A DNA stretch of 64,000 nucleotides, taken from contig CAXXWS020000004.1 in NCBI GenBank assembly GCA_963665325.3, positions 128,001 to 192,000 on the forward strand, given 5' to 3'. Under the pieces are notes generated by a model. The model saw nothing but the letters and a program-made list of their open reading frames with translations. It was not told the origin of the DNA and searched no databases. Below are positions 8,632 to 19,818 of this stretch, piece by piece (position 1 is the stretch's first letter; each line of letters starts with the position of its first letter). A program made the translations under genes and the position numbers. Source of the DNA: Alphaproteobacteria bacterium. GTDB lineage: Bacteria > Pseudomonadota > Alphaproteobacteria > Bin95.

Positions 8632-9632
8632 TCGAAGTCTTCGAGCTTCCAGCAGCTTGCCGTGTGTAACTCCTGTTCGGTGCCGCGACCGGGAAGCGTC
8701 GGCGGGTAGTTGTCGAGACAGCGCGGCTCTGCCCACCTGCATCTAGGTGCGAACCTGCACCCCGAAGGCAGGTTCCAGAGCGGCGGGGGATGGCCGGGAA
8801 TCGAGTAGAGGCGGTCGACCGTCCGGTCGAGGGCCGGCACGGAATCCAGCAGTGCCCGCGTGTAGGGGTGCGCCGGGGTGTTGAAGATGGCCCGCACCGG
8901 TCCGTGCTCGACGATGCGTCCGCCATACATCACCGCGACCCGGTCGCACATGGTCGCCACGATGCCGAAATCATGCGTGATGAAAATAATCGACAGACCG
9001 GACTCTCGTTGAATGTCCTTCAGCAAGCGCAAGTACTGAGCCTGGATGGTGGCGTCCAGGGCCGTCGTCGGCTCGTCGGCGATCAGGATCTGCGGCTCGC
9101 ACGAATTCGCGATCGCGCCCACGACACGCTGCTTCATCCCGCCGCTCAATTGGTGCGGATGCTCATGCACCCGCTGCTCGGGCGCTGCGACACGTACCTT
9201 TCTAAGCGCGTCAACGGTGTGCTCGAGGAGATTCGAGCGCGAAACCTTGCGATGCATTGCGATCGCTTCGGTAATCTGTCCGCCCACGGTGTAAACGGGA
9301 TTGAGCGAGGTCTGGGGATCCTGCAGCACCATCGAGATGCGCCGTCCTCGCACCCGCCTCATCTGTTCGGCGCCGTAGCGCAGGAGGTCCTCGCCATTGA
9401 GCAGAACGCGGCCGCCCACGATGCGCGCCGCCGGTCGCGGCACCAGGCGCAGGATACTAAGCGCAGTCATCGACTTGCCGCTTCCCGATTCACCGACGAT
9501 GCCCAGGGTCTCGCCCTGATGCAATGAGAACGAGACGCCGTCGACGGCTTTCACCAGCCCCATCTTGGTGTCGAGGTGGGTCTGCAGGTTCTCGACCTCC
9601 AGAATAGGAGCTCCGGAAAAGATGTCAGTCAC
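8610..9632 (-). CDS. Oligopeptide/dipeptide ABC transporter ATP-binding protein (OppD/DppD-like)
   Basis: [37 protein letters not shown]. Confidence 0.94.
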   Translation of the reverse strand: MTDIFSGAPILEVENLQTHLDTKMGLVKAVDGVSFSLHQGETLGIVGESGSGKSMTALSILRLVPRPAARIVGGRVLLNGEDLLRYGAEQMRRVRGRRISMVLQDPQTSLNPVYTVGGQITEAIAMHRKVSRSNLLEHTVDALRKVRVAAPEQRVHEHPHQLSGGMKQRVVGAIANSCEPQILIADEPTTALDATIQAQYLRLLKDIQRESGLSIIFITHDFGIVATMCDRVAVMYGGRIVEHGPVRAIFNTPAHPYTRALLDSVPALDRTVDRLYSIPGHPPPLWNLPSGCRFAPRCRWAEPRCLDNYPPTLPGRGTEQELHTASCWKLEDFEWNNIAC

Positions 9633-10525
9633 AGCTGGGTGACCTTTGGATCCAGCCGGTCACGAACCCAATCTCCCAGCAGGTTCAGCGCGAACACCGT
9701 CAATGTGATCGCCAAGCCGGGGAAAAAGGCGATCCACCAGGCGCTCACGATGAGTTGGCGGCCGTCTGCGACCATCAGGCCCCATGCGGGCGTCGGCCGT
9801 GGAATCCCGACCCCGAGAAAGCTCAGTGCCGCCTCGAGAATTATCACCGAGCCGACCTGCAGTGTGGCCAGAACCACGATCGTGTTCGCGACGTTTGGCA
9901 GGATGTGGCGCACGATAATTCGAGCGTGCGAACTGCCGCTCACCCGAGCGCGTGCAACGAAGTCCCGTTCGCGGATGCTCAGAACTTCACCGCGAACCTG
10001 CCGGGCATAGAACGCCCAAAGAACGAAAACCACCACCAGGATGACAGTCTGAAAACTGGGGCCGATCACGATTGCAAGCACGAGCGCCAACAGGATGCTC
10101 GGAAGCGCCAGCGAAATGTCGACGAGCCTCATGATGACAGCGTCGATCCAGCCGCGGAAGTAACCGCCGATTAGGCCGAGCACGGTTCCGAGGATCCCGC
10201 CGAAGAAGATGCCGACGAGGGAAATGGAGAGCGAGACCTTTGCTCCGTGCATGATGCGGCTGAGAATATCCCGGCCGATACGGTCTGTGCCAAGGGGATG
10301 CTCCCAGTCGCCCCCGAAGAACACGGGCGGCTGTCGGCGGTCGGGAACGGAGCCGTGGATGGGATCGTGAGGCGCCAGCCAGTCGGCTGTGATGGCCGGG
10401 AAGATGAGCAGCGCGACAAGGATGAAGATGGAAACGATGGGAAAGCGCCGCAGCGCCAGGCGCAGTCGCCTGCTCGCAGACGGTCGGGCGAGGACTGACA
10501 CGGTGTTCGGGTCGGGGGGGCCCAT
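9629..10525 (-). CDS. ABC transporter permease (OppC/DppC-like)
   Basis: HPLGTDRIGRD, HILPN, EAALSFLG, NLLGD..RD.LDP. Confidence 0.93.
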   Translation of the reverse strand: MGPPDPNTVSVLARPSASRRLRLALRRFPIVSIFILVALLIFPAITADWLAPHDPIHGSVPDRRQPPVFFGGDWEHPLGTDRIGRDILSRIMHGAKVSLSISLVGIFFGGILGTVLGLIGGYFRGWIDAVIMRLVDISLALPSILLALVLAIVIGPSFQTVILVVVFVLWAFYARQVRGEVLSIRERDFVARARVSGSSHARIIVRHILPNVANTIVVLATLQVGSVIILEAALSFLGVGIPRPTPAWGLMVADGRQLIVSAWWIAFFPGLAITLTVFALNLLGDWVRDRLDPKVTQL

Positions 10526-10545
10526 CCTTTGCCGATCCGCCGGGC

Positions 10546-11466
10546 TCAGCCGTAACGAATTCGCGGATCTACGTAGGCGTACAGCGTGTCCACGATCAGG
10601 TTGGCCAGAATAAACACCGATGCGAAGGTCAGTACCACTGCCTGAACAACCGGATAGTCCCGCCCGCGTATCGCTTCAATTGCCAACTGTCCCGTGCCGG
10701 GCCAGGCGAAAACGGTCTCGATGACGACCGACCCGGTGAGAATCACGCCGGCGATGACGCCAAAATAGGTGAGCGGCGCGATGGCCGCGTTTCGGAGCGC
10801 ATGCACCCAGATGACCCGCCACTCCGGCACGCCCTTGATTCGGGCAAGCTTGATGTACTCGCTGTCCAGAACCTCCAGCATTGCGGAACGGGTGAGCCGC
10901 ATAAGGGCAGCCACCTGGAACCACCCCATGGCAATCGCCGGCAGCACCATGTGGGAGAATCCGCCGCGGCCCGAGGTCGGGAACCAGCCGAGCTTGACCG
11001 CGAAAATCCAGATGAGCACGATTCCTAGCCAGAAATTGGGCATTGCCTGGCCGAGCAGTGCTACGAGCTTACCCGCGGAATCGAAGGGGGTATCCTTGTA
11101 GACTCCGGCTAGCACTCCGATTGGTATTGCGATGATCGTGCTGACCAGGACCGCGAACCCCCCGAGTTGAATGGTCGCCGGCAACCGCTCCATGACCACT
11201 TCCAGGGCCGTGTAGCCGCGCCACTTCAGCGAGTCGCCCAGATTGCCCTGTAGCGCGTTCCCGAGAAACGTGAAGTATTGGACGTGAATCGGCCGATCCA
11301 GCCCCCATTCGCGGGTCAGCCGTTCAGCCTCCTCGGGCCCCGCATCGTCCGGCAGCATCGAGTCGACAGGGCTGCCGCTCAGGTGCGACAGGCCGAAAGT
11401 GATAATGCTGATTGCCAGCAGCGCCATCAGGCTCTGTGCGATTCGAAGGAGGAGGTAGCGGCGCAT
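10546..11466 (-). CDS. ABC transporter permease (OppB/DppB-like)
   Basis: GLDRP, RLTRSAMLEVL..EYI..AR.KG, HALRNA, RDYPVVQ, DPRIR. Confidence 0.93.
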   Translation of the reverse strand: MRRYLLLRIAQSLMALLAISIITFGLSHLSGSPVDSMLPDDAGPEEAERLTREWGLDRPIHVQYFTFLGNALQGNLGDSLKWRGYTALEVVMERLPATIQLGGFAVLVSTIIAIPIGVLAGVYKDTPFDSAGKLVALLGQAMPNFWLGIVLIWIFAVKLGWFPTSGRGGFSHMVLPAIAMGWFQVAALMRLTRSAMLEVLDSEYIKLARIKGVPEWRVIWVHALRNAAIAPLTYFGVIAGVILTGSVVIETVFAWPGTGQLAIEAIRGRDYPVVQAVVLTFASVFILANLIVDTLYAYVDPRIRYG

Positions 11467-11472
11467 CCCGGA

Positions 11473-12270
11473 TTACAACTGCCGTCGCAAGAGACTGAAC
11501 GATTGCGCTGTCGGCCCGGGATTCGGCTGACAGGCGAGGAAAAGCGCTAGCGACACGACGTCCTCGGGCTGCTTGACCCATTCGTTCGGGATCGAAGCCA
11601 CCGCCCAGCCGGTAGTCTCGTGCTCCTGCACCGTTGCCGGCGTCCAGACCGGACCGGGGATGATTTCGTTGACCGTGATGTCGTGTTCAACCAGTTCCTC
11701 GGCCAGCACTCGCGTAAGCATCCAGAGACCTGCCTTGCTTACCGCATATGCGCTGGCGCCGGGAGCTGCGCGGTGTCCTATTCCGCTCCCCATCAGCAGA
11801 ATACGGCCGCCGTCGCGCGCCCTCATGTGAGGAACCGCCTCGCGCGCTGTGTAGTAGGCTCCGACAAGGTTGAGCTGGAGGGTTGCGACCCAGTTGTCCG
11901 GATCGTCCTCGCCGACGACATTGCGTTCCAGATTGCCCCCCGCATTGATCAACAGAATGTCGAGCCCACCGAATTCTGACGTCGTCTGCGCGATCATCCG
12001 CTCTACTTCGGAACGGTCGGTCACGTCGGTGCGGACCGCGAGGGCCGTACCGCCAAACCCTTCGATTTCGGCGACGGTATCGGCGAGGCCGTCGACGGAA
12101 CGCGCCGCACAACCGACCATCGCTCCCGCTCGGGCCCAGGCAACCGCGATAGCCCGGCCGATTCCGCTGCTCGCCCCTGTGATCAGGGCCACCTTGTCCT
12201 TTAAGGGCAGGTCGGGCGCATTCACTCTCGTCTCCTCCTCGCCGCTGACGCGGCCAACCTTATCGGCCAC
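11473..12270 (-). CDS. Short-chain dehydrogenase/reductase (SDR)
   Basis: TGASSGIG, INAG, YAVSK catalytic motif, PG.V.T; true start may be a few codons downstream. Confidence 0.92.
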   Translation of the reverse strand: MADKVGRVSGEEETRVNAPDLPLKDKVALITGASSGIGRAIAVAWARAGAMVGCAARSVDGLADTVAEIEGFGGTALAVRTDVTDRSEVERMIAQTTSEFGGLDILLINAGGNLERNVVGEDDPDNWVATLQLNLVGAYYTAREAVPHMRARDGGRILLMGSGIGHRAAPGASAYAVSKAGLWMLTRVLAEELVEHDITVNEIIPGPVWTPATVQEHETTGWAVASIPNEWVKQPEDVVSLALFLACQPNPGPTAQSFSLLRRQL

Positions 12271-12580
12271 CGTGGCCCGATCCGGTATTCCGTTCCCATC
12301 ATCGTCGCCGTCCTATCCCTTGCGCAGGATGACGGCGAACGGAATCCACTCTCTTCAGTTGACGATACAGTGTCGCCGGCCAACTGCTGGGGGACTTTGC
12401 GACTATCGAAGTTCGCCCGACCACGGTTCAAGAAGCATGGCCAAGTGTCAAGGGCGACCCTATGGGGCAGGGCAATCGCCTTTGGATATTTCATGCAACG
12501 GCGCGGATCGAGTTTAGGAGGAATTCATCGTTCCAGGCGACGCGTTTGAGCTTGCCCCGCATGGCGTCCTTTGTCGGTTC

Positions 12581-13630
12581 TAGAGCGGGATGATTTAATT
12601 GAGAATCGCAAGGGGATTCCGGTTTCAGGCTTGAGCTGATTCACTGTTGTTTTTCCGACAGTGGAGGCTTGGGCGATGAGCCGTGCAATTTCGATGGACT
12701 TGCGCGAACGCGCGATGGTCCGGTTGGCCGAGGGACAGAGCGTCCGTCAGGTGGCGTCGGCGCTCTCTGTGGCGCCGTCGAGTATCGTGAAGTGGTCGCA
12801 GCGTCTGCGGGCGACCGGCAGTTGCGCGCCGGCGAAGATCGGCGGGCGGCGTCCGCGCAAGATCGTCGGGGCGTATGAGGACTGGCTTCTGGAGCGGATC
12901 GAAACCCCGTTCACCCTGCGTGGTCTGGTGAGCGAGTTGGCCGCGCGCGGCCTCCGGGTGGATTACCGCACGGTCTGGTCGGCGGTGCATCGGGCGGGCT
13001 ACTCGTTCAAAAAAAACCGCGCTGGCCAGCGAGCAATGCCGCCCGGACGTCGCGCGCCGACGGACGCGCTGGAAACGCCACCAGAAACGGGTTGATCCGC
13101 GCCGGCTGGTCTTCATCGACGAGACCTGGGCCAAAACCAACATGGCTCCGCTGCGCGGCTGGGCGCCGAAGGGCAAACGCCTGATCGGGCGCGCGCCGCA
13201 CGGCCACTGGCGTACCATGACCTTCATCGCCGCACTGCGCGTCGACCGGATCGACGCGCCTTGCGTCCTCGACGGACCGGTCAACGCCAAGGCCTTCCAA
13301 ACCTATGTCGAACACTTCCTCGTCCCCACGCTGGCCCCAAGCGATGTGGTCGTTATGGACAATCTTGCCAGCCACAAAAACGCAACCGTCAGAAAGGCCA
13401 TCCGAAATGCCGGCGCCCACTTGCTGTTCCTGCCGCCATACAGTCCCGACCTGAACCCGATCGAGCAGGTCTTCGCCAAACTCAAACATCTGTTGCGAGA
13501 CGCCGCCGAACGAACCACCGAAACCACATGGCAGCGTATCGGCACCCTCCTCGAACGCTTCTCACCCCGTGAATGCGCCAACTACCTACAAAACGCTGGA
13601 TATGCTTCCGTATGAAATCATCACGCTCTA
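12581..13630 (+). mobile_element. Complete IS630-family insertion sequence
   Basis: Inverted ends TAGAGCGGGATGATTTAAT and TAGAGCGTGATGATTTCAT; duplicated TA in a CTAG site. Confidence 0.95.
12676..13615 (+). CDS. IS630 transposase (orfA + orfB joined by a +1 shift at the A8 run 13009-13016)
   Basis: HTH orfA (SMDLRER); orfB has VFIDET, VVMDNL..HK and LPPYSPDLNPIE. Confidence 0.9.
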
Positions 13631-13916
13631 GCCTTGCGATGTTGCGGGTGAGGCGCCGCAGCATGGCGAGGTTTTCGGGGCCGTGTTCCTGTCGGTTTCG
13701 CTGGCGGTCCTCGTTCATGGTCACGTCGAGGACCCAGTGCAGGCAGTTCTAGATGGCCCAATGGGCGCGCACGGCATTCTGGAGGCGTTCGGGCGAGAGC
13801 GGCGCGCTCATGATGTAGTAGCGTGTTTCGGTTGTTGCGCGCTTGGCGGTTTCGCGCCTCGCGTCGATCTTTCCGCCGGCAACACCGGTATGGGCCAAGT
13901 GCGTTGCGCCCAGGCT

Positions 13917-15938
13917 TCAGACAGCGGCAATCTCGACCTCGATGCTGTGGACGCAGGTGCTCTCGCCCATATCCGACTTGATGCCGGGGTTGAGGACATT
14001 GACGTTGGCGCGCGCGCCTTCCTGACGCGGCCAGCGGCCTTTGGGGCTGAGCGCGACGCCTTGCGGGATGGACCCGGCAACCGCCAGCGCAAGCTCCAGG
14101 CTGCCGGTCTCGTTGCTGAGCCGCACCTGCTGCCCTTCGGTCAGGCCGCGGGCCGCCGCGTCCTCCGGATGCAGCGTCACCGTCGCTTCGCCCATGAGCT
14201 CGCCGACGCGCCGATCGTTGGCATAGGAGCCGTTCATCAGCCAGGGCGAGGCCGGCGTCAGCAGGCGCAGTCGCCCGTTCCGGGGTTTCGGGTCGGCGTC
14301 GGCGAGCGGCAGGCGGGGATGGCCGTCGGCCTCGGCGCGGGCCGAGGCGATCTCGATCTTGCCGCTCGGGGTCGGGAAGGCGAGGTCGGAGAACTGGATG
14401 ATCGGTTGGGTGGTGGGAAACACCGTCCCGGACTTCTTGAACTCTTCGAAGGAGCCCTCGACACCCACCTGGCCCATGATCCGCTCAATGATCGTTGCGT
14501 CGTCCTCGTAGAGCTCGGGTTCCGCGAAGCCCATGGCGCGTGAGAGGCGGCGGAAAATCTCCTGGTTGGGCAGGGAGTCGCCCAGCGGCTCCTGAAGCTT
14601 GGCCTGGGCGGAGAAGGAGAGGTTGAAGTAGCTTGAGACCAGATCGTCGAACTCCATGAACGACGCCGCCGGCAGCACATAGTCGGCATAGTCTGCGGTG
14701 TCGGTCTGGAAAATGTCGACGACCACGGTGAAGAGGTCTTCCCGCATCAGCGCGCGGCGCAGCCGCGCCTGCTCCGGGCTTGAGGCAGCCGGATTGATGT
14801 TCCAGCAAAGGAAGGCCTGGATGTCCGCCGGATCTTCGAGCCTCGCCGCGAGTTCCATCTGGCTGAAGCTCGGCGGGCTCCGGTCTATTGCCGCGCCCGA
14901 CAGATAGTCGCCGTCAACGCCCCTCCGCCCGCTGCCATTGAGGTAAAGCATCCCCGCGCCGGGCTTGCCGAAATTGCCTGTGACTGCCGGCAGCAGCGCA
15001 CAGGCGCGCATCACGTTGCCGCCCATCGCCTGGCGTTGCAGTCCCTGGCCGAGCCAGAGCAATGCGGGCCCCGCACCGTAGATCCGCGCCGCTTCCTCGA
15101 TCTGCGCCGCCGGCACGCCGGTGCGGGCCTCGCCCCAGGCCGGCGTACAGGGGGCGATGGCGGGCTCCAGCTCGTCCCAGCCGAGCGCGTGGGCAGCGAG
15201 GAAGGCGCGATCGATCAGCCCGTCGCGCACCAGCACGTGGACCATGGCGAAGGCCAGGGACGCATCGCTGCCGGGAAAGGGCTGCAGATGCATGTCGGCC
15301 TGCTCGGCGGTCGGGTGGCGCACCGGGTCGACCACGATCACCGTGCCCGGCGCCTCCTTCAGCCAGTGCTTGTGCTGGTGCGGCGCGGAGGCGGAGGGGT
15401 TCGCGCCCCAGACGACGATGCAGTGCGAGTCTTTGGCGGTGCGCGGGTCGAAACCGATCGCGGACGTGCCGATCGCGTAGTCGAGTGCGACGTGGCCGGC
15501 CATGTTGCACACCGTGTCGGGCTCGACCTCGCGGGCGCCCAGGCGGCCCAGGAAGCGCATTGGGAAGTTGTTGGCGATCAGCGAGCAGGTGCCGGTGTAG
15601 TGCGCGTGCACGATCCTGTCCGCGCCGACGCCCTCGGCAATCCGGGTGAAGCGCGCGGCGATGTCCCCGATGGCCTCGTCCCACGAGACCGGCTCGAAGC
15701 GCCCTTCGCCCTTGGCGCCGGTGCGCTTGAGCGGCGTCTGCAGCCGTATCTCGGGATCGCGGAAGACGCCGTTGTAGGCAAGCGCACACTTGCCGCAGAG
15801 CGCACCTCGGCTCACCGGGTGGTCCGGGTCGCCGAGCACGCGGGTGATCGCGCCGTCGCGCTTGATCGCGACGATGCCGCAGGCGTCGTAGCAGTCGCGC
15901 GGGCAGGTGGTCTTGAGGACTTCCTTCTCGCCTGTCAT
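13917..15938 (-). CDS. Molybdopterin (bis-MGD) oxidoreductase with N-terminal [4Fe-4S] cluster, uncharacterised YoaE-like group
   Basis: CPRDCYDAC...LCGK, SWDEA, TVCNMAG (Cys ligand), WGANP, TADYADYVLPA, HPEDAAARGL. Confidence 0.92.
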   Translation of the reverse strand: MTGEKEVLKTTCPRDCYDACGIVAIKRDGAITRVLGDPDHPVSRGALCGKCALAYNGVFRDPEIRLQTPLKRTGAKGEGRFEPVSWDEAIGDIAARFTRIAEGVGADRIVHAHYTGTCSLIANNFPMRFLGRLGAREVEPDTVCNMAGHVALDYAIGTSAIGFDPRTAKDSHCIVVWGANPSASAPHQHKHWLKEAPGTVIVVDPVRHPTAEQADMHLQPFPGSDASLAFAMVHVLVRDGLIDRAFLAAHALGWDELEPAIAPCTPAWGEARTGVPAAQIEEAARIYGAGPALLWLGQGLQRQAMGGNVMRACALLPAVTGNFGKPGAGMLYLNGSGRRGVDGDYLSGAAIDRSPPSFSQMELAARLEDPADIQAFLCWNINPAASSPEQARLRRALMREDLFTVVVDIFQTDTADYADYVLPAASFMEFDDLVSSYFNLSFSAQAKLQEPLGDSLPNQEIFRRLSRAMGFAEPELYEDDATIIERIMGQVGVEGSFEEFKKSGTVFPTTQPIIQFSDLAFPTPSGKIEIASARAEADGHPRLPLADADPKPRNGRLRLLTPASPWLMNGSYANDRRVGELMGEATVTLHPEDAAARGLTEGQQVRLSNETGSLELALAVAGSIPQGVALSPKGRWPRQEGARANVNVLNPGIKSDMGESTCVHSIEVEIAAV

Positions 15939-15948
15939 TGCTGTCTCC

Positions 15949-15971
15949 GGGGTGCGGGTGCGGGTGCGGGT
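15949..15971 (+). repeat. (GGGTGC)n tandem repeat / G-quadruplex-forming motif in a divergent intergenic region
   Basis: GGGGTGCGGGTGCGGGTGCGGGT: four G3 tracts with 3-nt loops. Confidence 0.75.
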
Positions 15972-16047
15972 CGCAACCTATCCCTGCGCGTTCCGATCCG
16001 GAAGCCCGTGCTAGGTTCGCGGCCATGACGGGAGGGGGAGCGCGACG

Positions 16048-16881
16048 ATGCGGACGGTCAGACTACCGGGCGGCGACGAAGTCGTGGCCCTCGGCCAGGG
16101 CACGTGGCGCATGGGCGAGCGCCGGGCGGCGCGCAAGGACGAGGTAGCGGCGCTCCGGCACGGCATCGCCTGCGGCATGACGCTGATCGACACGGCGGAG
16201 ATGTACGGTTCCGGCGGTGCCGAACGGGTCGTCGGCGAGGCGATCCGCGGACAGCGCGACAGGGTCTATCTGGTGAGCAAGGTGCTGCCGTCGAACGCCG
16301 GGCGAAAGCGCATGAAGCGCGCCTGCGAGACGAGCCTGAAGCGCCTCGGCACCGATTATCTCGACCTCTACCTGTTGCACTGGCGCGGCGGCGTCTCCCT
16401 CGACGAGACCATCGAAGGCTTCCTCGCGCTGAAGGAGGACGGCAAGATTCGCCGTTTCGGGGTCAGCAACTTCGACACCGGCGACATGGAGGAGCTGTGG
16501 GAGACCTCAGGCGGCCCGGGCTGCCAGACCAACCAGATCCTCTACAACCTCAAGCGGCGCTGGCCCGAGGCATCGCTGATGCCGTGGTCCCGGCACAACC
16601 GCCAGCCGCTCATGATCTATTCGCCGCTGGAGCAGGGCAGATTGCCGGCGGGCGGTGCGCTTGGCGCTATCGCCGCCGCCCGCGGCGTGACGACGATGCA
16701 GGTGGCGCTCGCCTGGGTGCTCCGGCACGAGGACGTTTTCGTCGTGCCCAAGGCGAGCCTTGTCGTCCACGTCGATGCCAACCTGGGCGCACTCGATATC
16801 ACGCTCAGCGATGACGAGCTTGCGGCCCTGGACAAGGACTTCCCGCCACCCGAGGGCGGCGCACCCCTGGAGCTTCTGTAG
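16048..16881 (+). CDS. Aldo/keto reductase (YeaE-like)
   Basis: LGQGTW, IDTAEMY, SKV, DLYLLHW, GVSNF, QILYNL, YSPL. Confidence 0.95.
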   Translation: MRTVRLPGGDEVVALGQGTWRMGERRAARKDEVAALRHGIACGMTLIDTAEMYGSGGAERVVGEAIRGQRDRVYLVSKVLPSNAGRKRMKRACETSLKRLGTDYLDLYLLHWRGGVSLDETIEGFLALKEDGKIRRFGVSNFDTGDMEELWETSGGPGCQTNQILYNLKRRWPEASLMPWSRHNRQPLMIYSPLEQGRLPAGGALGAIAAARGVTTMQVALAWVLRHEDVFVVPKASLVVHVDANLGALDITLSDDELAALDKDFPPPEGGAPLELL

Positions 16882-17258
16882 GGCGCACTGCAGGGAGCGT
16901 CAGTCTCCCGGGCCGACCATCCTCATGATGCCGGAGCCAAGAGCCACCGGGTGGCGCGCGCTTGCCGCAGTCGCCATCCGCGGTCCAAGCCCTGCTATCC
17001 GTCGGTGCGCCGCCCCGCGCGCGGGGCCCTCCCATGGATCTACGAGGACAAGCTACCGCCAAGCCCGTGGTACGCCGCCGTTGACATAAGGCATAACGCT
17101 CCCGGACCGCATTCGGGAACGGGGCTCGCCGGACCTGAATCTTGACCCACTCCCGGACCTCAAGTTACGCATGCAACGGGCACGACGCATGCGGCCCTTG
17201 TTTCGTACCTCGATATTGCGCATTCGACAGCGGAAGCCGATGTCTTGCAGGCCGGTGA

Positions 17259-18749
17259 ATGGAACCCGAGAATCTGACCTTGATGCGACTCTCCAACGCC
17301 ACGTTGAACGACCTGCCGACGTCCATTGCGCGGCCTGTCTACGACCGGGCGGCCCTGACGCCGGGCATCCTCCACATCGGGCTCGGCAATTTCCACCGCG
17401 CGCACCAGGCGTGGTACCTGCATCGACTATTTCAGCGTGGCCATAACAGCGATTGGGCGATCGTCGGCGCCGGGGTCCGTGCGAACGATGCGATCCAACG
17501 CGAGAAGCTCTTGAGACAGGATTGTCTGTCGACGCTGATCGAACTCGACCCGGCCGGCCGGTCGGCGGAAGTAAGCGGTGCGATGATCGACTACGCGCCC
17601 GTTGCGGAAGGCAACGCCGCCCTCATTCGCCGGATGGTAGATCCTGCAATTCGGATCGTCTCGCTCACGGTGACCGAGGGCGGATACTATGTCGATCCCC
17701 CGACGAACGGCTTCGACGCAGCACATCCCGACATCCGGCATGACATCGCATATCCGGACCGTCCGCGCACTGCATTCGGCGCGATGGTGGCGGCGCTCAA
17801 GTTCAGGCGGGACCGGCGGATAGGCCCGTTCACCGGCCAGAGCTGCGACAATCTTGTCGGCAACGGCGCCTTGTTGCGCCAGACCGTGGTCTCGCTTGCC
17901 CGGGCCTCCGACCCGGACCTCGCCGAGTGGATCGACGAGAACTGCTCGTTCCCGAACTCGATGGTCGATTGCATCGTTCCTGCGACCGGCCCGAACGAGC
18001 TGGCTCTGGCGCGGTCATTCGGCGTCGAGGACGCAGTTCCGGTCACGCACGAAAACTTCCGCCAGTGGGTCATCGAGGACGATTTCTGCTCCGGGCGGCC
18101 GGACTGGGAACGCGTCGGCGCCACTTTCTCGGACAGGGTCCACGACTACGAGGCGATGAAGATTCGTATCCTCAACGCCGGGCACCAGATCATCGCCAAT
18201 GCAGGCGAGCTTCTCTCGATCGAGACTATCGCGGAGTGCATGGCGCGGCCTCCGGTCGCCGCTCTCTTCCGCAAGGTGCAACGCGAGGAAATTGTGCCCC
18301 ACGTCAGGACAGTCCCGGACTTGACTCCGGACGAGTACGTGGACCTGATCGCCCGCCGCTTCTCCAACCCCGCCATCGGAGACACCACACGGCGCGTCGC
18401 TTTCGACGGATCGTCGCGCCATGCGGGCTTTGTCCTGCCGAGTCTCCGGGATGGCCTCGAAACCGGCGTACCGGTCGAGGGGCTTGCGCTGGTGGAGGCG
18501 CTCTGGGCGCGCATGTGCGAGGGCCGACGCGAAGACGGCTCCATCATCGAGCCGAACGACCCTCAGTGGGACAGGCTTTCAGCCGTCGCGAAAGCGGCGC
18601 GGAACAATCCGCGCGCCTGGCTGGAGCAGCGCCAGATCTATGGCGACCTCGTGGAGGCGCCGCGTTTCGCGGCAGCTTTCGAGCGTTGGCTCAACAAGAT
18701 TCTGTCAGACGGTTGCGAGGCGTCGTTACAGGCCTACGTGAGCTCTTAG
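17259..18749 (+). CDS. mtlK: Mannitol 2-dehydrogenase family protein
   Basis: HIGLGNFHRAHQ, SLTVTEGGY, SCDN, FPNSMVDCIVP, QWVIEDDF, KIRILNAGH; adjacent to smo ABC genes. Confidence 0.92.
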   Translation: MEPENLTLMRLSNATLNDLPTSIARPVYDRAALTPGILHIGLGNFHRAHQAWYLHRLFQRGHNSDWAIVGAGVRANDAIQREKLLRQDCLSTLIELDPAGRSAEVSGAMIDYAPVAEGNAALIRRMVDPAIRIVSLTVTEGGYYVDPPTNGFDAAHPDIRHDIAYPDRPRTAFGAMVAALKFRRDRRIGPFTGQSCDNLVGNGALLRQTVVSLARASDPDLAEWIDENCSFPNSMVDCIVPATGPNELALARSFGVEDAVPVTHENFRQWVIEDDFCSGRPDWERVGATFSDRVHDYEAMKIRILNAGHQIIANAGELLSIETIAECMARPPVAALFRKVQREEIVPHVRTVPDLTPDEYVDLIARRFSNPAIGDTTRRVAFDGSSRHAGFVLPSLRDGLETGVPVEGLALVEALWARMCEGRREDGSIIEPNDPQWDRLSAVAKAARNNPRAWLEQRQIYGDLVEAPRFAAAFERWLNKILSDGCEASLQAYVSS

Positions 18750-18803
18750 CCGGGCTTCGGCGACATTTCCAGCGGCGCGAACATCCCCCAATCCCGGGCC
18801 CCC

Positions 18804-19808
<1,005 letters not shown>

Positions 19809-19818
19809 TTCCTTGTCC

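Larger units (their letters stand above)
12468..13880 (-). pseudogene. ISAs1-family transposase 3' remnant with terminal repeat, split by IS630
   Basis: ETRYYIMS...RAHWAI*NCLHWVLDVTMNED..R.R...PENLA.LRR to the right of IS630 continues as LEPTKDAMRGKLKRVAWNDEFL to the left (stop at 12491); CAGGGCAATCGC end at 12468. Confidence 0.85.
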
